A DNA stretch of 64,000 bases from an uncultured Vampirovibrio sp. (GCA_910577635.1 CAJTNR010000004.1:19538-83537); one strand, 5' to 3'; counted from the stretch's first letter, positions 44,475 through 54,876 are shown. The notes: generated from the sequence alone by a model not told the origin. Made by a program: numbers and translations.

Positions 44475-45752
44475 ATGGAAGAATTTAGTCCTTTAGCAGT
44501 AGAAATTGTTGAAAACGCTCAAAAAGAACTTGTTGATAAATTCGAGAAGCTCGATTTAATCGGTGAGTTTAATCAAAAAAAAGTGCTTGATTCTTTTTAT
44601 AAAAACAAAATAGCAGAAGAGCATTTCTACACTGTAACAGGTTATGGTCATGACGACATTGGAAGAGAAGCTCTTGATAAAGTTTATGCTGATACCTTTA
44701 AAACTGAATCTGCAATTGTCCGCCCTCACTTTGTTTCAGGGTCACATACAATCGCGTGCGCTTTATTTGGGGTCTTAAAACACTCGGATAGATTAGTTTC
44801 AATTGCAGGTGAACCTTATGACACCATGCGAGAAATTATAGGATCAAGAAAAACTGATAGTTATAGTTCAAGTTTAATCGGACAGGGGGTAAAATACTCT
44901 GAAGTTCCTCTTAAAAATGACAAGTGTGTTGATTTTGATAATATCGAAAAATATCTTCTTTCTGATACTAAAATGGTCTTAATTCAGCGCTCAAGAGGGT
45001 ATTCACTGAGGGATTCATTAACTATAGCAGATATTGAAAAAATTATTAAAATTGTAAAAAATAAAAACCCTGAAATTTGTTGTTTTGTTGATAACTGCTA
45101 CGGAGAATTCACACAAACCCAAGAACCAACAGAAATAGGGGCAGATTTAATTGCCGGAAGCTTAATTAAAAACCCCGGAGGGGGTATTGTTGAAGCAGGG
45201 GGATATATTGCAGGGTTAAAAAAATATGTCGACTTAGCAGCCAATAGATTAACAGCTCCTGGAATCGGCTCTTTAGGAGGAGCTATGCATAATCAGACAA
45301 GAATAATACTGCAAGGGTTGTTTCTTGCTCCTTCTATTACAATTGGAGCGCTTAAGGGGGCTGTTTTAGCTTCTTGTGTTTTTAAAAACCTTGGTTTTAG
45401 AACCCTGCCTGATACCAACAGCACAAGATGTGATTTAATTCAAACTATTGAGTTTGATTCAATAGCTCAACAACAAATTTTTTGTCAAATGGTTCAAAAG
45501 TACTCTCCTGTTGAAAGCTACCTGACCCCGATTCCTGATTGTGTCCCTGGGTATGATTGCAATTTGCTTATGGCAGGGGGTAGTTTTATTGAAGGCTCTA
45601 CAATTGAACTATCAGCAGACGGACCCGCAAGAGCACCTTATGCCATTTATATGCAGGGAGGATTAAGCTATTACCATGTAAAAATTGCACTTAAAGGAAT
45701 TGTATCAGAGCTATTAAAAACTAACTCTATTCATATCGAAGTGCATCAATAG
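44475..45752 (+). CDS. PLP-dependent YnbB-family protein (Met gamma-lyase-like / aluminium-resistance family)
   Basis: The N-terminal pattern FNQKKVLDSFYKNKIAEEHFYTVTGYGHDDIGREALDKVYADTF is characteristic of this family. 425 aa. Confidence 0.8.
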   Translation: MEEFSPLAVEIVENAQKELVDKFEKLDLIGEFNQKKVLDSFYKNKIAEEHFYTVTGYGHDDIGREALDKVYADTFKTESAIVRPHFVSGSHTIACALFGVLKHSDRLVSIAGEPYDTMREIIGSRKTDSYSSSLIGQGVKYSEVPLKNDKCVDFDNIEKYLLSDTKMVLIQRSRGYSLRDSLTIADIEKIIKIVKNKNPEICCFVDNCYGEFTQTQEPTEIGADLIAGSLIKNPGGGIVEAGGYIAGLKKYVDLAANRLTAPGIGSLGGAMHNQTRIILQGLFLAPSITIGALKGAVLASCVFKNLGFRTLPDTNSTRCDLIQTIEFDSIAQQQIFCQMVQKYSPVESYLTPIPDCVPGYDCNLLMAGGSFIEGSTIELSADGPARAPYAIYMQGGLSYYHVKIALKGIVSELLKTNSIHIEVHQ

Positions 45753-46953
45753 GATTCAATAAAGAAGCTTTATATGCAGGATAATACCCGAACCCGATTC
45801 CTACAATACCCGAAAAACAAAAAGACAGAATAATTGGCCCTATTGTAATTAGAATTGAGGTTTCAAAAAATACTCCAATTAATATGGCAATTACAATTCC
45901 TGCGACAACTCCAATTAATCCCCCTATTAAAGACAGGACAAGAGCTTCAATTAAAAATTGCGCCCTTATATCCTTTGCCCTTGCTCCAATAGCCATTCTA
46001 ATACCAATTTCTTTTGTTCTTTCAGTTACTGAAACAAGCATTATATTCATAATCCCTATTCCTCCTACAACTAAAGAAACAGAAGCAATTGAAGCAAGAA
46101 GAATTGCAAAAGTCTGCACAGTTGATTTCATTTTTTCTTGAAACTCAGCGCTATTTCTAATTTCAAAGTCATTTGGCTGAGATTTACCCAGATGATGCCG
46201 CCTTCTTAGAATTTCTTCAATATCACTTTGTGCAATTTGGGTTTCTTCTAAGGATTTAGCCTTAACTAGAATTTGATTAACAGACCCTGGAAAATCGACC
46301 CCAAAAACCTTTCTTTGAGCAGTTGTTATAGGAATAAAGATTAAATCATCCTGATCCATCGGACCCATTTGCCCTTTTGATTTCAGCGTTCCTATTACTT
46401 TAAATGGAACATTTCCCACCCGAATGGTTTTTCCAATTGAGTTAATATCTCCAAAAAGTTCTTTTTCAATGGTTGAACCAATTATTGCAACCTTTGAAGC
46501 ATTAAGCTCGTCCTTAGGATTCAGTGACCTTCCTAAATTAATTTCATAGTTTTTAACATATAAATAACTGGAAGTAACTCCATAAACTGTGGTTTGCCAG
46601 TTTTGATTGCCATACATTACCTGCTTTGAGGAATTCAAGACCGCAGCAACGCTTTCAACCCCCCTTGCCTGCATTCTTATAGCTGATAAATCTTTAATAT
46701 TCAAAGTCGGTTTAGATCCTAAACCCATCGAAACTCCACCTGTTTTAGCACTAGAAGAGCGTATAGTTAAAAGGTTAGAGCCCATTGACTCTAAATTCTC
46801 CTGAACCTTTTTATTTGCCCCTTGTCCGATTGCAAGCATGATAATAACAGCACTAACCCCTATAATTATCCCTAAGGAAGTTAGAATAGAGCGCATTTTA
46901 TTGACTTTTAAGGAATTAAGTGCAATTCTTAAGGTGGATTTAAAATCTATCAT
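45727..46953 (-). CDS. MacB/DevC-type ABC efflux permease (MacB_PCD plus FtsX domain)
   Basis: N-terminal LRIALNSLKVNKMRSILTSLGIIIGV, a large periplasmic domain, and a C-terminal FtsX-type four-helix region ending PIDALRYE. Confidence 0.88.
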   Translation of the reverse strand: MIDFKSTLRIALNSLKVNKMRSILTSLGIIIGVSAVIIMLAIGQGANKKVQENLESMGSNLLTIRSSSAKTGGVSMGLGSKPTLNIKDLSAIRMQARGVESVAAVLNSSKQVMYGNQNWQTTVYGVTSSYLYVKNYEINLGRSLNPKDELNASKVAIIGSTIEKELFGDINSIGKTIRVGNVPFKVIGTLKSKGQMGPMDQDDLIFIPITTAQRKVFGVDFPGSVNQILVKAKSLEETQIAQSDIEEILRRRHHLGKSQPNDFEIRNSAEFQEKMKSTVQTFAILLASIASVSLVVGGIGIMNIMLVSVTERTKEIGIRMAIGARAKDIRAQFLIEALVLSLIGGLIGVVAGIVIAILIGVFFETSILITIGPIILSFCFSGIVGIGFGYYPAYKASLLNPIDALRYE

Positions 46954-47642
46954 TGTTTATCCTTTTTCATATCCGATACAATTTTTCCATCTTTAAATCT
47001 GATAATTCTTTTAGTGTATTGTGCAATATCTTCTTCGTGAGTAACTAAAACTATTGTTTTTTTAAGATTTTCATTAAGATTAACAAAAAACTCCATAACA
47101 TCAATACTTGTTTTAGTATCTAAGTTCCCTGTGGGTTCATCTGCAAGTATTAAAGGGGCATCATTTACAATCGCTCTTGCAATTGCAACCCTTTGCTGCT
47201 GACCTCCTGACATTTGAGAGGGAAGATTATTTTCTTTTTTTTCTAAACCCACAATTTTAAGCGCTTCTTTTGCCCTTTTGTATCTTTCAGCTTCTTGAAT
47301 CCCTTTATAAATCATAGGAAGACAGACATTATCTATTGCACTTGTTCGATTAATTAAATTAAACCCTTGAAAAACAAAACCAATTTTATTATTCCTAATA
47401 TCCGATAACTCGTCGCTTCTTAAGGATAAAACATCAACTCCATCAAGATAATAGCTTCCTTGAGTCGGTTTATCTAAAGTTCCTAACATATTCATACAAG
47501 TAGATTTCCCAGACCCTGATGCTCCCATGATCGCTACAAATTCACCCTGTTCAATAGAAAAAGAAACATTGTTAAGAGCATAGAAAGTTTCTTCACCCAT
47601 ATTATAAGTTCTTATCGCGTTTTTTACTTCAATTAATGCCAT
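46950..47642 (-). CDS. ABC transporter ATP-binding protein (MacB/LolD/DevA-type)
   Basis: Walker A GASGSGKST, Q-loop, signature MSGGQQQRVAIARA, Walker B ILADEPTGNLD. Confidence 0.92.
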   Translation of the reverse strand: MALIEVKNAIRTYNMGEETFYALNNVSFSIEQGEFVAIMGASGSGKSTCMNMLGTLDKPTQGSYYLDGVDVLSLRSDELSDIRNNKIGFVFQGFNLINRTSAIDNVCLPMIYKGIQEAERYKRAKEALKIVGLEKKENNLPSQMSGGQQQRVAIARAIVNDAPLILADEPTGNLDTKTSIDVMEFFVNLNENLKKTIVLVTHEEDIAQYTKRIIRFKDGKIVSDMKKDKQ

Positions 47643-47651
47643 ATAATTATC

Positions 47652-48806
47652 CTACATTGGAGGTCTTCTCATTGAATTCTGCTTATTTTTTTTACCTTTT
47701 TTGCCCTGGCTTTCAATAATCACTTTATCATTTACATTAATTTCATTAGTTATAATTTGAGTTTTATTGTCATCTGATAATCCGAGTTCAACTTCAACTC
47801 TTTTTGGTTCTTTGTTATCAAGAATCCATATTCCTTGTGTTTCATACTTTTTTGTGTTATCCACAGGACTAAACTTAAAGGCTTTATTGTCAACGCACAA
47901 AACATCCTTAACGCTGCCAACAATTATAGAAACATTAGCGCTCATTCCTGGAATTACAAGTCCTTCTTCATTATCAATTGCAACAATAACCGAATAAGTT
48001 ACAACATTGTTAGTTGTAGTAGAAGCAAGTCTCACCTGGCTCACTTTTCCCTTAAAGACTCTATCTTGATAACCATCGAGGGTATAATCAGCTTCCTGTC
48101 CTACTTTAATTTTTCCAATATCAGCTTCTGAAACACTTGTTTCAATTTGCATTTTAGTTAAATCCTGCGCAACTTCAAATAGAGTCGGGGTATTAAAACT
48201 TGCTGCTACAGTTTGACCTACATCTACCGCTCTTGAGATTACTACTCCATTTACAGGGGAGGTAATTTTTGAATATCTCAAATTGGTTAAATTATTCTCT
48301 AAACTCGCTTTTGCAGCGCTGACTTCGGCTTTTGCAGCATCAAGCTCTGCTTTTGCTTGAAGGAAGTTAGCCTGCGCTAGTTCTACATCGTCTTTTGAAA
48401 CATAGTTTTTTTCAAACAAATGTTTGTACCTTTGATAATTATTCCTCTTATAAGCAAGGGTTGAATTAGCCTTAGAATAAGCAGCCTTAGCATTTGTAAG
48501 TTTTGCTCTTGATTGATCAACATTTGCTTCAAAAAGACTCGGGTCAAGCTCTGCCAACAATTGTCCTTTTTTAACATTTGAATTATAATCAACATAAATC
48601 TTAGAAACAGTTCCTGAAACCTGTGTTCCGACTTCAATAGTATTAATCGGCTTAATTGTTCCTGAAGCTTCAACATATTGGGTAATTGTATCTTTTTCAA
48701 TTGGTTTTGTAATATATTTTTCCTGCGTTTTATTCTTATGACAAAAAACAGCGCCAAAAACAAGGATTATTGCTATAACTATAATTATATATCGTTTTTT
48801 AATCAT
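47652..48806 (-). CDS. efflux periplasmic adaptor (MacA/HlyD/DevB family)
   Basis: N-terminal TM anchor, lipoyl-like motifs (VSGTVSKIYVDYNSNVKKGQLLAELD ... SPVNGVVISR) and a central coiled-coil hairpin. Confidence 0.88.
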   Translation of the reverse strand: MIKKRYIIIVIAIILVFGAVFCHKNKTQEKYITKPIEKDTITQYVEASGTIKPINTIEVGTQVSGTVSKIYVDYNSNVKKGQLLAELDPSLFEANVDQSRAKLTNAKAAYSKANSTLAYKRNNYQRYKHLFEKNYVSKDDVELAQANFLQAKAELDAAKAEVSAAKASLENNLTNLRYSKITSPVNGVVISRAVDVGQTVAASFNTPTLFEVAQDLTKMQIETSVSEADIGKIKVGQEADYTLDGYQDRVFKGKVSQVRLASTTTNNVVTYSVIVAIDNEEGLVIPGMSANVSIIVGSVKDVLCVDNKAFKFSPVDNTKKYETQGIWILDNKEPKRVEVELGLSDDNKTQIITNEINVNDKVIIESQGKKGKKNKQNSMRRPPM

Positions 48807-50338
48807 CTTACCCCCATTGATTTTAACAAGGTTTCTCTTGCACTATTATAGTTAAACACAGCTTCAACAAAATTCAACTGCGCGGTATTATAGTTAGTGA
48901 GTGCATCTTGAAGTTCAACATAGTTGTTTAATCCAACGCTGTATCTTCCATCTGCTAGTTCAAAGTTTTCAAGCGTTGCCTTAATTTTTTCACTCAACAG
49001 CGGGATTTTCTTTTCCAGCGTTCTCATATTAACATAATTATTCTGAACTTCATAAAAAATATCTGCTTTAGCAATATTGATATTATAAAGAGCAATATCA
49101 AGATAACTTTGCGCTTGTTGTACTTGATAATGAATTGATACAGGATTCAATGACCCTAAACCTATGCTTGCACCAAATTGCAGGGGGCTTGAATAGGTTG
49201 ATTCGTTTTTTGTATAGCCCCAGGTTATATCAGAGTTGATTTCAGGAGCATATTGTTTTTTAATTGCCTTTAAAGACTGGGTTTGAACCTCTGCTAACAT
49301 TCGATTGGATTTTAAATCAGGTCTTAGTTCAAGTGCTTGATTAACAGCTTCTTGTTTTGATATTGCAAGGGGTTTAAATTCAAAATTTTGGATAATATCG
49401 TTATGTTCAATACCGCTTGTAAGCATTATTAAACCATTATCTGTTTTTTTAACAATATTAGATATTGGTTTAATTGTCATCATGTTCTCAATCTTTTTTC
49501 TATAATCAGCTTTTAAAAAAGCAAAGTTTTCAGTGTTTTCTACAATAAAAGGGTCGTCTTCTTGATAGAACATTGAATTTTTAAGTGCAATAATAGAAGT
49601 TTGAAGAGTGTTTCTTCCCTCAACAAGCTGGATTTTAGCATCTGCTAAGTTAACTTGTGCGTTAACTACATCAATTTTAGATTTTAATCCCTCATCAAAC
49701 ATTGCTTTTGTTCTATCGAAGTTGAGTGTTTGAATTCTTACGTTTTGTTCGTAAATATCAAGCTTTGCTAATGCCGATAAAACCTTATAATAGTTAATTT
49801 TAACATCATATATAACGCTTAAAACTTCCCAATCATAATCATATTGAGCTGATTCAGTGTCAAATTTTGCCATGTCAATTCTTGCTTTAGTCCTGCCAAA
49901 ATCCCATATTAATTCAGAAATTCCGACATTAAACCCTAAAGAGTTATCATGGGAATTAACAATTCTTGAGCCTTGATTGGAATTATGGTTGTAGTTAACT
50001 CTTGCTGTTAGTCTTGGAGCATAATTAGACCTTGACTCTCCAATTGAAGCCTTAGCAGCTTTTATTCTTTCATAGGAAACAGATAAATTAGGGTCATGGC
50101 TTATTGCATACTCAACACAATCAACAAGTGTCATAGTTGATAGTTTGGAAAAAGGAATTTTTGGTTTTCCTTCCTGAACTTTTGGAAGTTCAAGTTCTTT
50201 TATCCTTTCTTTTTTCTCTTTTATAGTTTTTTTTGTTTTTATCGCTTTTTTAGCTTTAACTTCTTCAATAGCATAGCAAAAATTGAAAAAGAAAAAAGAA
50301 AGCAGTAATAAAGTTAATATTTTTTTAATCCTACCCAT
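48803..50338 (-). CDS. TolC-family outer membrane efflux protein
   Basis: Signal peptide after ATG 50338 (MGRIKKILTLLLLSFFFFNFCYA). Two-repeat OEP architecture with long helical segments. Overlaps the adaptor gene by 4 nt. Start trimmed to avoid overlapping the divergent gene at 50368. Confidence 0.85.
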   Translation of the reverse strand: MGRIKKILTLLLLSFFFFNFCYAIEEVKAKKAIKTKKTIKEKKERIKELELPKVQEGKPKIPFSKLSTMTLVDCVEYAISHDPNLSVSYERIKAAKASIGESRSNYAPRLTARVNYNHNSNQGSRIVNSHDNSLGFNVGISELIWDFGRTKARIDMAKFDTESAQYDYDWEVLSVIYDVKINYYKVLSALAKLDIYEQNVRIQTLNFDRTKAMFDEGLKSKIDVVNAQVNLADAKIQLVEGRNTLQTSIIALKNSMFYQEDDPFIVENTENFAFLKADYRKKIENMMTIKPISNIVKKTDNGLIMLTSGIEHNDIIQNFEFKPLAISKQEAVNQALELRPDLKSNRMLAEVQTQSLKAIKKQYAPEINSDITWGYTKNESTYSSPLQFGASIGLGSLNPVSIHYQVQQAQSYLDIALYNINIAKADIFYEVQNNYVNMRTLEKKIPLLSEKIKATLENFELADGRYSVGLNNYVELQDALTNYNTAQLNFVEAVFNYNSARETLLKSMGVR

Positions 50339-50367
50339 AGTTAATATTTTACTATAAAATAATAAAT

Positions 50368-51291
50368 ATGGAAAAAAGATACTATCCTCTAAGTAAATAT
50401 TTACAAAAAACATACGGGAAAAAGGTTTATAAAATTACCTTAGATGCCGGTTTATACTGCCCTAATAGAGATGGAACAATATCAAGGGGCGGATGCATTT
50501 TTTGCGATGACAAGGGAAGCTATTCAAGATGTTTAGATAAAAAACTAACAATAGCCCAACAAATTAATAAAAGCATTATAAAACTATCTGATCAATTCAA
50601 AGCAGAAGCTTTTATTGCATACTTTCAATCCTTCTCGAATACTTATTCTGATATTAAAACCTTAGAAAAAATTTACAGCAGTGCTTTTTGTGATAATAGA
50701 ATTGTAGGAATTTCAATTGGAACAAGGCCTGATTGTGTAGATAGTGAAAAACTTGATTTAATTGCATCATATAAAAACCCCACAATTGAATATGGGATTC
50801 AAAGTGCTAATGATGAAACCTTGAAGCTGATTAATCGAGGTCACGACTTTGCTTGTTTTAAAAATGCTGTAATTGAAACAAAAAAGAGAAATATAAGAGT
50901 TTGTGCACATATGATTCTTGGGTTTGAAAATGAAAATCGGCAAATGATTATTAACAGCGCTAAAAAAATTGCCAAACTCGGTATTGATGCTATTAAAATT
51001 CATATGCTTACTGTGTTAAAAGATGCTCCTTTATATCAGCTTTATAAAGAAAAACCTTTCTATTTAATGACACAAGAACAATATTGTGATCTGGTAACAG
51101 AAATTCTTGAATATATGCCCAGAAATACCGTTATTGAAAGAATTGCAGGAACAGGTTACAGTGAAACAACGATTGAACCCAAATGGGTTAATCGGAGGTT
51201 TGAAATTCTTAATATGATTGATAGAATAATGATTCAAAAAAACATCTGTCAATCGGATAAATATTGTGATATTAATATAAAAGGCAATTAA
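50368..51291 (+). CDS. TIGR01212-family radical SAM protein (YhcC-like)
   Basis: KITLDAGLYCPNRDGTISRGGCIFCD is a Cys cluster typical of this family. 307 aa. Confidence 0.85.
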   Translation: MEKRYYPLSKYLQKTYGKKVYKITLDAGLYCPNRDGTISRGGCIFCDDKGSYSRCLDKKLTIAQQINKSIIKLSDQFKAEAFIAYFQSFSNTYSDIKTLEKIYSSAFCDNRIVGISIGTRPDCVDSEKLDLIASYKNPTIEYGIQSANDETLKLINRGHDFACFKNAVIETKKRNIRVCAHMILGFENENRQMIINSAKKIAKLGIDAIKIHMLTVLKDAPLYQLYKEKPFYLMTQEQYCDLVTEILEYMPRNTVIERIAGTGYSETTIEPKWVNRRFEILNMIDRIMIQKNICQSDKYCDINIKGN

Positions 51292-51347
51292 CAATTTAAA
51301 CTTTCAATATATAATAACTTTGTTTAAAATTTAATAAGGAAAAAATT

Positions 51348-51764
51348 ATGAGAAATTGGATTATAGTTTTGCTAATTTTTACTATGCCCTTAGGACTTTA
51401 TGCTTACCTGGACGCTAAAGCGCAAAACGATATGATGTGTCAAGTTAAAGGAAACAAAAATATTGAAAGCGCTAAGGTAAAAATTATTAAGTTTTCCTCA
51501 CCAATGTGTTCTGAATGCAAAGAAGCAGCAATTGAAATGGACAAAGCATTAAAAAATTACAAAGAAGGAGTTGTGGTTGAGGAAATTAATGTTGTTGAAA
51601 ACACAGGAAAGGGAGTTGAGTATAACAAGGCTGCAATTAAAAAGTACAAGGTAGCTCTTGTTCCTACCCTTGTTTTTGTTGACAAGGAAGGTCATACAAT
51701 AAAAAAATACGAAGGCGCTATGAAAGCGGATGAAATTGTTAAAACATTAGATGGAATTAAATAG
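51348..51764 (+). CDS. membrane-anchored thioredoxin-fold protein (CxxC)
   Basis: N-terminal anchor, active site-like CSEC, and a cis-Pro region VPTLVFVD. Upstream of ccdA. Confidence 0.7.
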   Translation: MRNWIIVLLIFTMPLGLYAYLDAKAQNDMMCQVKGNKNIESAKVKIIKFSSPMCSECKEAAIEMDKALKNYKEGVVVEEINVVENTGKGVEYNKAAIKKYKVALVPTLVFVDKEGHTIKKYEGAMKADEIVKTLDGIK

Positions 51765-51766
51765 AA

Positions 51767-52480
51767 ATGATTGCACAACTAACACAGAATCTTACCCAGT
51801 ACTTGCAAAACGGAGAATTTTCACTGTTATTTCTCCTTGTAGCTTTTTTAGGAGGAATACTTGCGTCAATTTCTCCCTGCTCAATAGGCATGCTTCCTTT
51901 AATAGTAGGCTACATTGGAGGATATGGCGATAGTGATAAACTAAAGACATTTATCCAGTTGAGTTCTTTTACTTTTGGTTTAGCTTTTGTCTTAACCATA
52001 ATAGGGCTTGTCTGCGCAATAACCGGCAATGTTTTTGTATCAATTGGAGGAAGCTATTGGATTCTGTTTCTGGGCTCCTTTATTCTAATAATGGGGTTAA
52101 ACCTGCTTGGATTAATTGATCTTAACTTATCCCCGATTGTTAAAAGAATCCCCAAAGGAAACAACACAAGTCTTTTTATTTATCCTTTTATAGTAGGAAT
52201 CCTGTTTGCTTTTGCCGCAAGTCCCTGCTCGACTCCAATACTCGCCGGGATAATGGGTTTTGCAGCATTGAGCAAAAATCTTTTGTTTGCAGGTTTAATG
52301 CTCCTTTGTTTTTCTTTAGGCCAAGGTGTAATTGTAATACTTGCTGGTGTTTTTACTTCTTTTTTAAAGGGAGTCCGCAACTTTTCCAATGTTTCTGAAG
52401 TTCTTATGAAAATTTCAGGAGTACTGTTAATCATTGCAAGTATTCTTATTTATATTAAAGTTTTTTCTAAATTCTTTTAA
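51767..52480 (+). CDS. ccdA: cytochrome c biogenesis / thiol-disulfide transfer protein CcdA (DsbD TM domain)
   Basis: Six TM helices with the two conserved SPC motifs (ILASISPCSIGMLP and FAASPCSTPIL). Confidence 0.88.
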   Translation: MIAQLTQNLTQYLQNGEFSLLFLLVAFLGGILASISPCSIGMLPLIVGYIGGYGDSDKLKTFIQLSSFTFGLAFVLTIIGLVCAITGNVFVSIGGSYWILFLGSFILIMGLNLLGLIDLNLSPIVKRIPKGNNTSLFIYPFIVGILFAFAASPCSTPILAGIMGFAALSKNLLFAGLMLLCFSLGQGVIVILAGVFTSFLKGVRNFSNVSEVLMKISGVLLIIASILIYIKVFSKFF

Positions 52481-52515
52481 AAATTAAAAAAAGCCCTGCA
52501 AGTTTTCTTGCAGGG
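52481..52515 (-). terminator. intrinsic terminator (metG side; may also serve ccdA)
   Basis: Stem CCCTGCAAG/CTTGCAGGG (52494-52502 / 52507-52515), loop TTTT. The T-run is on the minus-strand reading (52493-52481). Confidence 0.7.
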
Positions 52516-52549
52516 TATAGAATTTGTATCTTAAAAACTTATTGTTAAA

Positions 52550-54103
52550 TCATTTTTTATCTGCAAATTCACTATCGATTCTCAAAAATACAGGTTTAAT
52601 TTCTTCTTTTGAAATTAATTTTTGAGCTTTTATGTTACTAAACATTATATCATCAAAAGTAGTATTAATGTCAAATTTTAATTGCTGCGTCATCAATCTT
52701 GCGATATTAGGACAATATGGCTCAATTAAAAACGCAACTACGCACATAAGTTCTAAAACTACATATAAAGTTTGTCCGCATTGAGTCCATTTTTCTTCTT
52801 TGGCTAAAGTCCAGGGAGCATTATCTGTTACAAATTTATTAAGCTCATAAACAAACTCCATAATCTCAGCTGAAGCTTCTTGAACTTCAAAATTATCAAA
52901 ATGAGTTTTTGTTTTATCAATTAAAACCTGAGCTTTATCAAAAAGTTCGTTTTTAACTATAAATTCAGGTTTTATTATTCCATCAAAGTACTTAACAAGC
53001 ATTGATAGAGTGCGGTTCAACAAGTTGCCCATGGAATTTGCTAGTTGAGCATTAACTTTTTCTTTAAAATCTAAATCAGAGTAGTTTCCATCCTTTCCGA
53101 CAGGCGCACTTGCTGCTAAATAATAGCGAAAAGCATCCGGGTGGTTAAGTTCGAATCCTTTAAGGACATTTTCAGGAGAAACCACATTTCCTAATGATTT
53201 TGACATTTTAGCTTCATCTAAAGTTATCCAGCCATGGGCTAAAATGTGTTTTGGTAAGGGTAAATCAAGCGCCATAAGGATTGCAAGCCAGTAAATGCTA
53301 TGAAACTTAAGAATATCCTTACCTATAACCTGAACATTAGCCGGCCAGTATTTTTTAAACAATTCATCCGATTCCCCTTCAGGATTATACCCAAGAGCAG
53401 TAATGTAGTTAGATAAAGCATCAATCCAGACATAAATTACCTGACTATCATCATCAAGAACATCAATTCCCCAATTAACACTCGATTTAGCTCTTGAAAC
53501 AGAAATATCTTCAATATCTTGAAGCTGATTCAAAACTTCCTTAGCACGAAAGTCAGGGACGATAAAATCTGGATGAGTTTTAATGTATTCTATAATTCTA
53601 TCTTTGTATTTGGTTAATTTGAAAAAATAGTTCTCTTCACTAACTAAATCCGGTTTTTTTTGATGAATTAAACAGCATCCGTTTTCATCCAAGTCTTTAT
53701 CGGATAAAAAGCACTCACAGCCTGAACAATAGAGTCCTTTATAAGAATGTTTATAGATATCACCTTTTTCAAGGAGTTTTTTAAATATTTTTTGAACAAT
53801 TTTTTTATGGTTAGTATTAGTTGTCCTTATCAGCTGGTTGTAGTGTATATCCAAAAGATTCCAGCATTGGACAAATTTTTGCGCGTTGTTATTGCAAAAA
53901 TCCTGCGGGCAAATTTCAAGTTTAGCCGCTGTTTTTTGAATTTTTATACCGTGTTCATCGCAGCCTGTTAGAAAATAAGCATTTTTTGTTCTTTTAGCAA
54001 AATGACGAAAAATAACATCTGTTAATATTTTCTCATAAGCATGACCAATATGAGGAGAACCATTTACATAGTCAATTGCTGTTGTTATATAAAACTTTTC
54101 CAT
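52550..54103 (-). CDS. metG: methionine--tRNA ligase (short form without C-terminal tRNA-binding domain)
   Basis: HIGH motif (NGSPHIGHAYE), zinc knuckle cysteines (CSGCECF...CCLIH), KMSKS (KMSKSLGN). 517 aa. Confidence 0.95.
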   Translation of the reverse strand: MEKFYITTAIDYVNGSPHIGHAYEKILTDVIFRHFAKRTKNAYFLTGCDEHGIKIQKTAAKLEICPQDFCNNNAQKFVQCWNLLDIHYNQLIRTTNTNHKKIVQKIFKKLLEKGDIYKHSYKGLYCSGCECFLSDKDLDENGCCLIHQKKPDLVSEENYFFKLTKYKDRIIEYIKTHPDFIVPDFRAKEVLNQLQDIEDISVSRAKSSVNWGIDVLDDDSQVIYVWIDALSNYITALGYNPEGESDELFKKYWPANVQVIGKDILKFHSIYWLAILMALDLPLPKHILAHGWITLDEAKMSKSLGNVVSPENVLKGFELNHPDAFRYYLAASAPVGKDGNYSDLDFKEKVNAQLANSMGNLLNRTLSMLVKYFDGIIKPEFIVKNELFDKAQVLIDKTKTHFDNFEVQEASAEIMEFVYELNKFVTDNAPWTLAKEEKWTQCGQTLYVVLELMCVVAFLIEPYCPNIARLMTQQLKFDINTTFDDIMFSNIKAQKLISKEEIKPVFLRIDSEFADKK

Positions 54104-54154
54104 TATCTTCCTTTTTTAATTGAAAATTTACAGGAAGATTATATCATAAAAAAA

Positions 54155-54814
54155 TTATTCTTTCCAACCCGCTCTTGCACCTGAATAAGTGTAAATAAAA
54201 GGCAGAATTTTACTTACAGGAATAATTTTATCGATTTTTGAGAATCCGATTTTTATTGTCGCGATTACATCATCAAAGTTAGCGATTGAATCTTTAATTG
54301 TGTACTTGCGCTCGGGTTCTGAGTCTTCTTTAGTTAAGTTAGTAATTTTAGTCGCAATAAAAGCTCCGCTTGTCATGCCAATAATTGAACCTATTATTCT
54401 TGAGATATTGTTGTTAAGCTTTGAAAATTTATTACAAGTACTAAGTGCAAGTGTTACAAGAATCATAGGGATTGACATATTCATAATTTGAAAACCGGCT
54501 TCTCTAACTTTTCTTTCCCTAGATTCTTTACTTGCACCCTTAGAACCCCCTATAACTCCTCCGACATTAGCAAGAACTGCTGTTGTTATCATATCAAGAG
54601 CTTCAACAAAAGGGATTTTAGCTTCTTTATCTAACCCTTTTTTAAATTGAATTGAACTATTTAAACTTTTATAAGCGGTTTTTGATAGAGCAATACCGCT
54701 TATAGCTCCAATAGCCGCTCCAATAATGGGTTTACCATCCCTATGTTCTTCTTTTTTATTTCTATAACTGGTATAAGGTTTAAAATTGCCAAATATTTTA
54801 GTTTCTGTTAACAT
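54155..54814 (-). CDS. hypothetical membrane protein with glycine-zipper segments
   Basis: GxxxG-rich helices (IIGAAIGAISGIAL, LANVGGVIGGSKG, IIGSIIGMTSGAFIA). No family recognised. Confidence 0.55.
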   Translation of the reverse strand: MLTETKIFGNFKPYTSYRNKKEEHRDGKPIIGAAIGAISGIALSKTAYKSLNSSIQFKKGLDKEAKIPFVEALDMITTAVLANVGGVIGGSKGASKESRERKVREAGFQIMNMSIPMILVTLALSTCNKFSKLNNNISRIIGSIIGMTSGAFIATKITNLTKEDSEPERKYTIKDSIANFDDVIATIKIGFSKIDKIIPVSKILPFIYTYSGARAGWKE

Positions 54815-54876
54815 TGTTCATTCCGCCATTAATATAAAAGCAGAAAATAAAAATTTTTGCTATTAATCATAAAAAT

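Noticed and set aside
47767-48763. ORFs 47767-47997, 47835-48131 (plus strand) and 48383-48763 (minus strand, alternative frame) within the efflux adaptor gene
   Set aside because: They overlap a confidently identified MacA/HlyD-family gene. None has an SD or a recognisable motif.
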